In this document: positions 61,891 to 64,000 of the stretch, one piece after another
Position numbering within the stretch: position 1 is the stretch's first letter
How the letters are laid out: each line of letters begins with the position of its first letter
Source of the DNA: Leucoraja ocellata
Taxonomy: Eukaryota
DNA: 64,000 nt
Direction: 5' to 3'
Assembly: GCA_036785375.1 (NCBI GenBank)
Contig: JAWMAR010000013.1
Coordinates: forward strand, 13,144,001 to 13,208,000
Position numbers and translations under genes: made by a program
Notes under the pieces: model-generated
The model's database searches: none
Told to the model about the DNA's origin: nothing
Seen by the model: only the letters and a program-made list of their open reading frames with translations

Positions 61891-63401
61891 GATGTGTTAT
61901 CCCATGAATGTTCTTTCACTTCTTCGCGGCTACTATTTCTTCATATCATTAAGAGACTAACCCAAAATTATCCATCCTCTGCACCTCTCAATTTGTGGAG
62001 GAAAAACAAATCAACAAATGTTGTACAGTGACAGGTGTAACATTTGTTTTTGCCATTGTTTTGCAGTATAATTGATTCCCAAAAGTTAATTCAATTCAAT
62101 GCTTTGGAAAGATGGGACCTTTGGGTTTTACTTTTTAAGTTTCCAAACAACCAGATTTGCATATAAAATTTGAATTTAATTACCAGCCTCATTACTATGT
62201 GATTAAACAACATAATACACTCAGAAGTTCCATAAAACTCAAACTTTAGTAAAGAAAGGGAAAGCTATTTTCCAGCCAGAGTTTGCATATGTAATTAGGC
62301 CCTAATTAGAGCTATATTACAAAATAGTCAATGAAGGTATTATCTACATCATTTGTGATTACATTTGATTAATAGTAACTGTTCCCAGACCTGTGTTTTG
62401 GCCTATTTTTGTAAATATGATTCATGGTTATAAACTTGCAATGCATTGCCTTTTAAGTGGAAAATTAGTTATTTATAATGTTGGAGCAGATGTAACAATT
62501 AGCTTAAAAATGTTCATTTAAAAATCCTTGGAACTGCCTCATAAATACATCTGGACAGATAATATTCTGATTATTAAAATAAAATGTTACCACCAAGACC
62601 TCAAATTACAGAGTTGTGAGCACAGCTCAGACCATGATGGACCACATGGATAGGAAAGGATTAGAGGGATATGGGTTAACGCCGCCAGGTGGGACTAGTG
62701 TAGATGGGGCATCTTGGTCGGCATGGACATGTTGGGCCGATGGGACTGTTTACCTGTTGTATGACTCTATGACCTTTACGGAAACCAGCCCCCCCCCCCC
62801 CCCCCCCCCCCAATCAACTCTATGCATACTGCATGCTGCCTCCAAAGCAGACCACTCACCCTGGTTATTCTCCCTTCCTCACTCTCGCATTGGGCAGAAG
62901 ATACAAAACCTTAAAAGCACATGCACCAGGTTCACAACCAGCTCTCCCCTCTGACCTCTCATACGTTAGGGATGAATTTTCAATCTTCCAATTTACATAT
63001 TTTAAACTGCCCTTTCTCACGAGTTGTAAAACTATTTTCTGTTCATTTTGTCTTTTGTTCTACCCGATGTACCTATGTATGGTATGATTTGCCCGGATAG
63101 ATCCAAAACAAAGTCTTTCACTGTATCACGGTACAGGGACAATAATAAGCCATTACCCATATCAGTAGCATCGCGTGAAGTCCCAGTGAGTGAACAATGT
63201 TGATCTGTAACATCAGAATTAATGGCACATATTTCCCATTATGATTACTCATGCTTACCATAAGTAGCCCCTATATATGGTTCCAAGCTATTCACTACAC
63301 ACATTTGCATTAATAGCAGCTTTATTTAATTGGAAGATAAAATAAACAGAGCCCTATATCAAAAACAATTAATTTATCGTAGAATGTTTTACCTGCTGCA
63401 G

Positions 63402-63495
63402 ATTGTGTTATGCAAGTATGAAGATATTAAAATCTGTATGGGTTGTGATAAGCCAACTAAAGACAAAAAAAAAGGCAGAAAAAGGTTCAAAAACG
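63402..63495 (+). CDS. Weak candidate exon (94 nt)
   Basis: Acceptor gttttacctgctgcag|, donor acg|gtgagt; two frames open; no recognisable protein. Confidence 0.25.
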
Positions 63496-63651
63496 GTGAG
63501 TCAGCAATGGGATTTCCAGAATGATGTTTTTCCTTCCCTCCTCTTGGCTTTCAGTCATTCTTGCCTTTGAGTCCTGGTCGGCCAGATTACATTGTTCTAC
63601 CTCAATGTTAATTTACTCCTAAAATGTATTTTTGAACAAACATGTTACACT

Positions 63652-63783
63652 ACTAAGAAGGGTCTCAACCCGAAATGTCACCCATTCCTTCTCTCCAGAG
63701 ATGCTGCCTGTCCCGCTGAATTAGTCCAGCAATTTGTGTCCATCTTCGGTGTAAACCAGCATCTGCAGTTCCTTCCTACACAT
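63652..63783 (+). mobile_element. pLTR-only PLE fragment
   Basis: aagaagggtctcaacccgaaatgtc..ccagcatctgcagttccttcctacaca. Confidence 0.75.
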
Positions 63784-64000
63784 TTAAAATGTAACATTCT
63801 ATCTTGGCTTGATTTCAGAAGTATGAAGTATGAAGTAAGAAAGACTGTGAGCGCAATCACTATTGCCCACACCTCTCAATATCTCAAAATAGAGGAAGTT
63901 TCCAAAGGTGTAGAAATTAAAAAGAGCAGAACACGGAAACATTTGTAGGATTTCCCAAACTGAAAATGTCCATCAATAGAACCCGCAGCAAGGGCAGTTT

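Noticed and set aside
1137-63783. Recurrent ~30-bp palindromic motif as a CRISPR-like array
   Set aside because: Copies are dispersed, irregularly spaced and followed by conserved rather than unique sequence. There are no cas genes and the context is eukaryotic.

Overview
This is eukaryotic, repeat-dense DNA, not microbial. The HE1-like tRNA SINEs, CR1/HER1-type LINEs and Neptune-type Penelope elements suggest a cartilaginous fish, probably a skate or ray (inference). It reads as intronic sequence of a large gene, with one convincing + strand coding exon (22110-22213, gene not recognised) and one weaker candidate (63402-63495). Nearly all ORF-track entries are transposon remnants or chance ORFs. 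Elements present are CR1, Rex1/Babar-like and L1 LINE fragments, Penelope-like elements (PLEs) with RT and GIY-YIG, two Tc1 copies (one near full length, Passport-like), hAT, Harbinger and pogo/Tigger-type MITEs, and tRNA SINEs. Main observations: (i) two unrelated short (GAA)n-tailed, TSD-flanked retroposons whose 5' ends fold into HDV-like ribozymes and start exactly at the predicted cleavage site; (ii) a near-perfect 1.5-kb Penelope palindrome with a 16-bp TSD, plus about 20 small hammerhead-motif pLTR insertions; (iii) a perfect 77-bp inverted copy of neighbouring DNA inside a hAT MITE. All calls were made by eye, and boundaries of decayed repeats are approximate.
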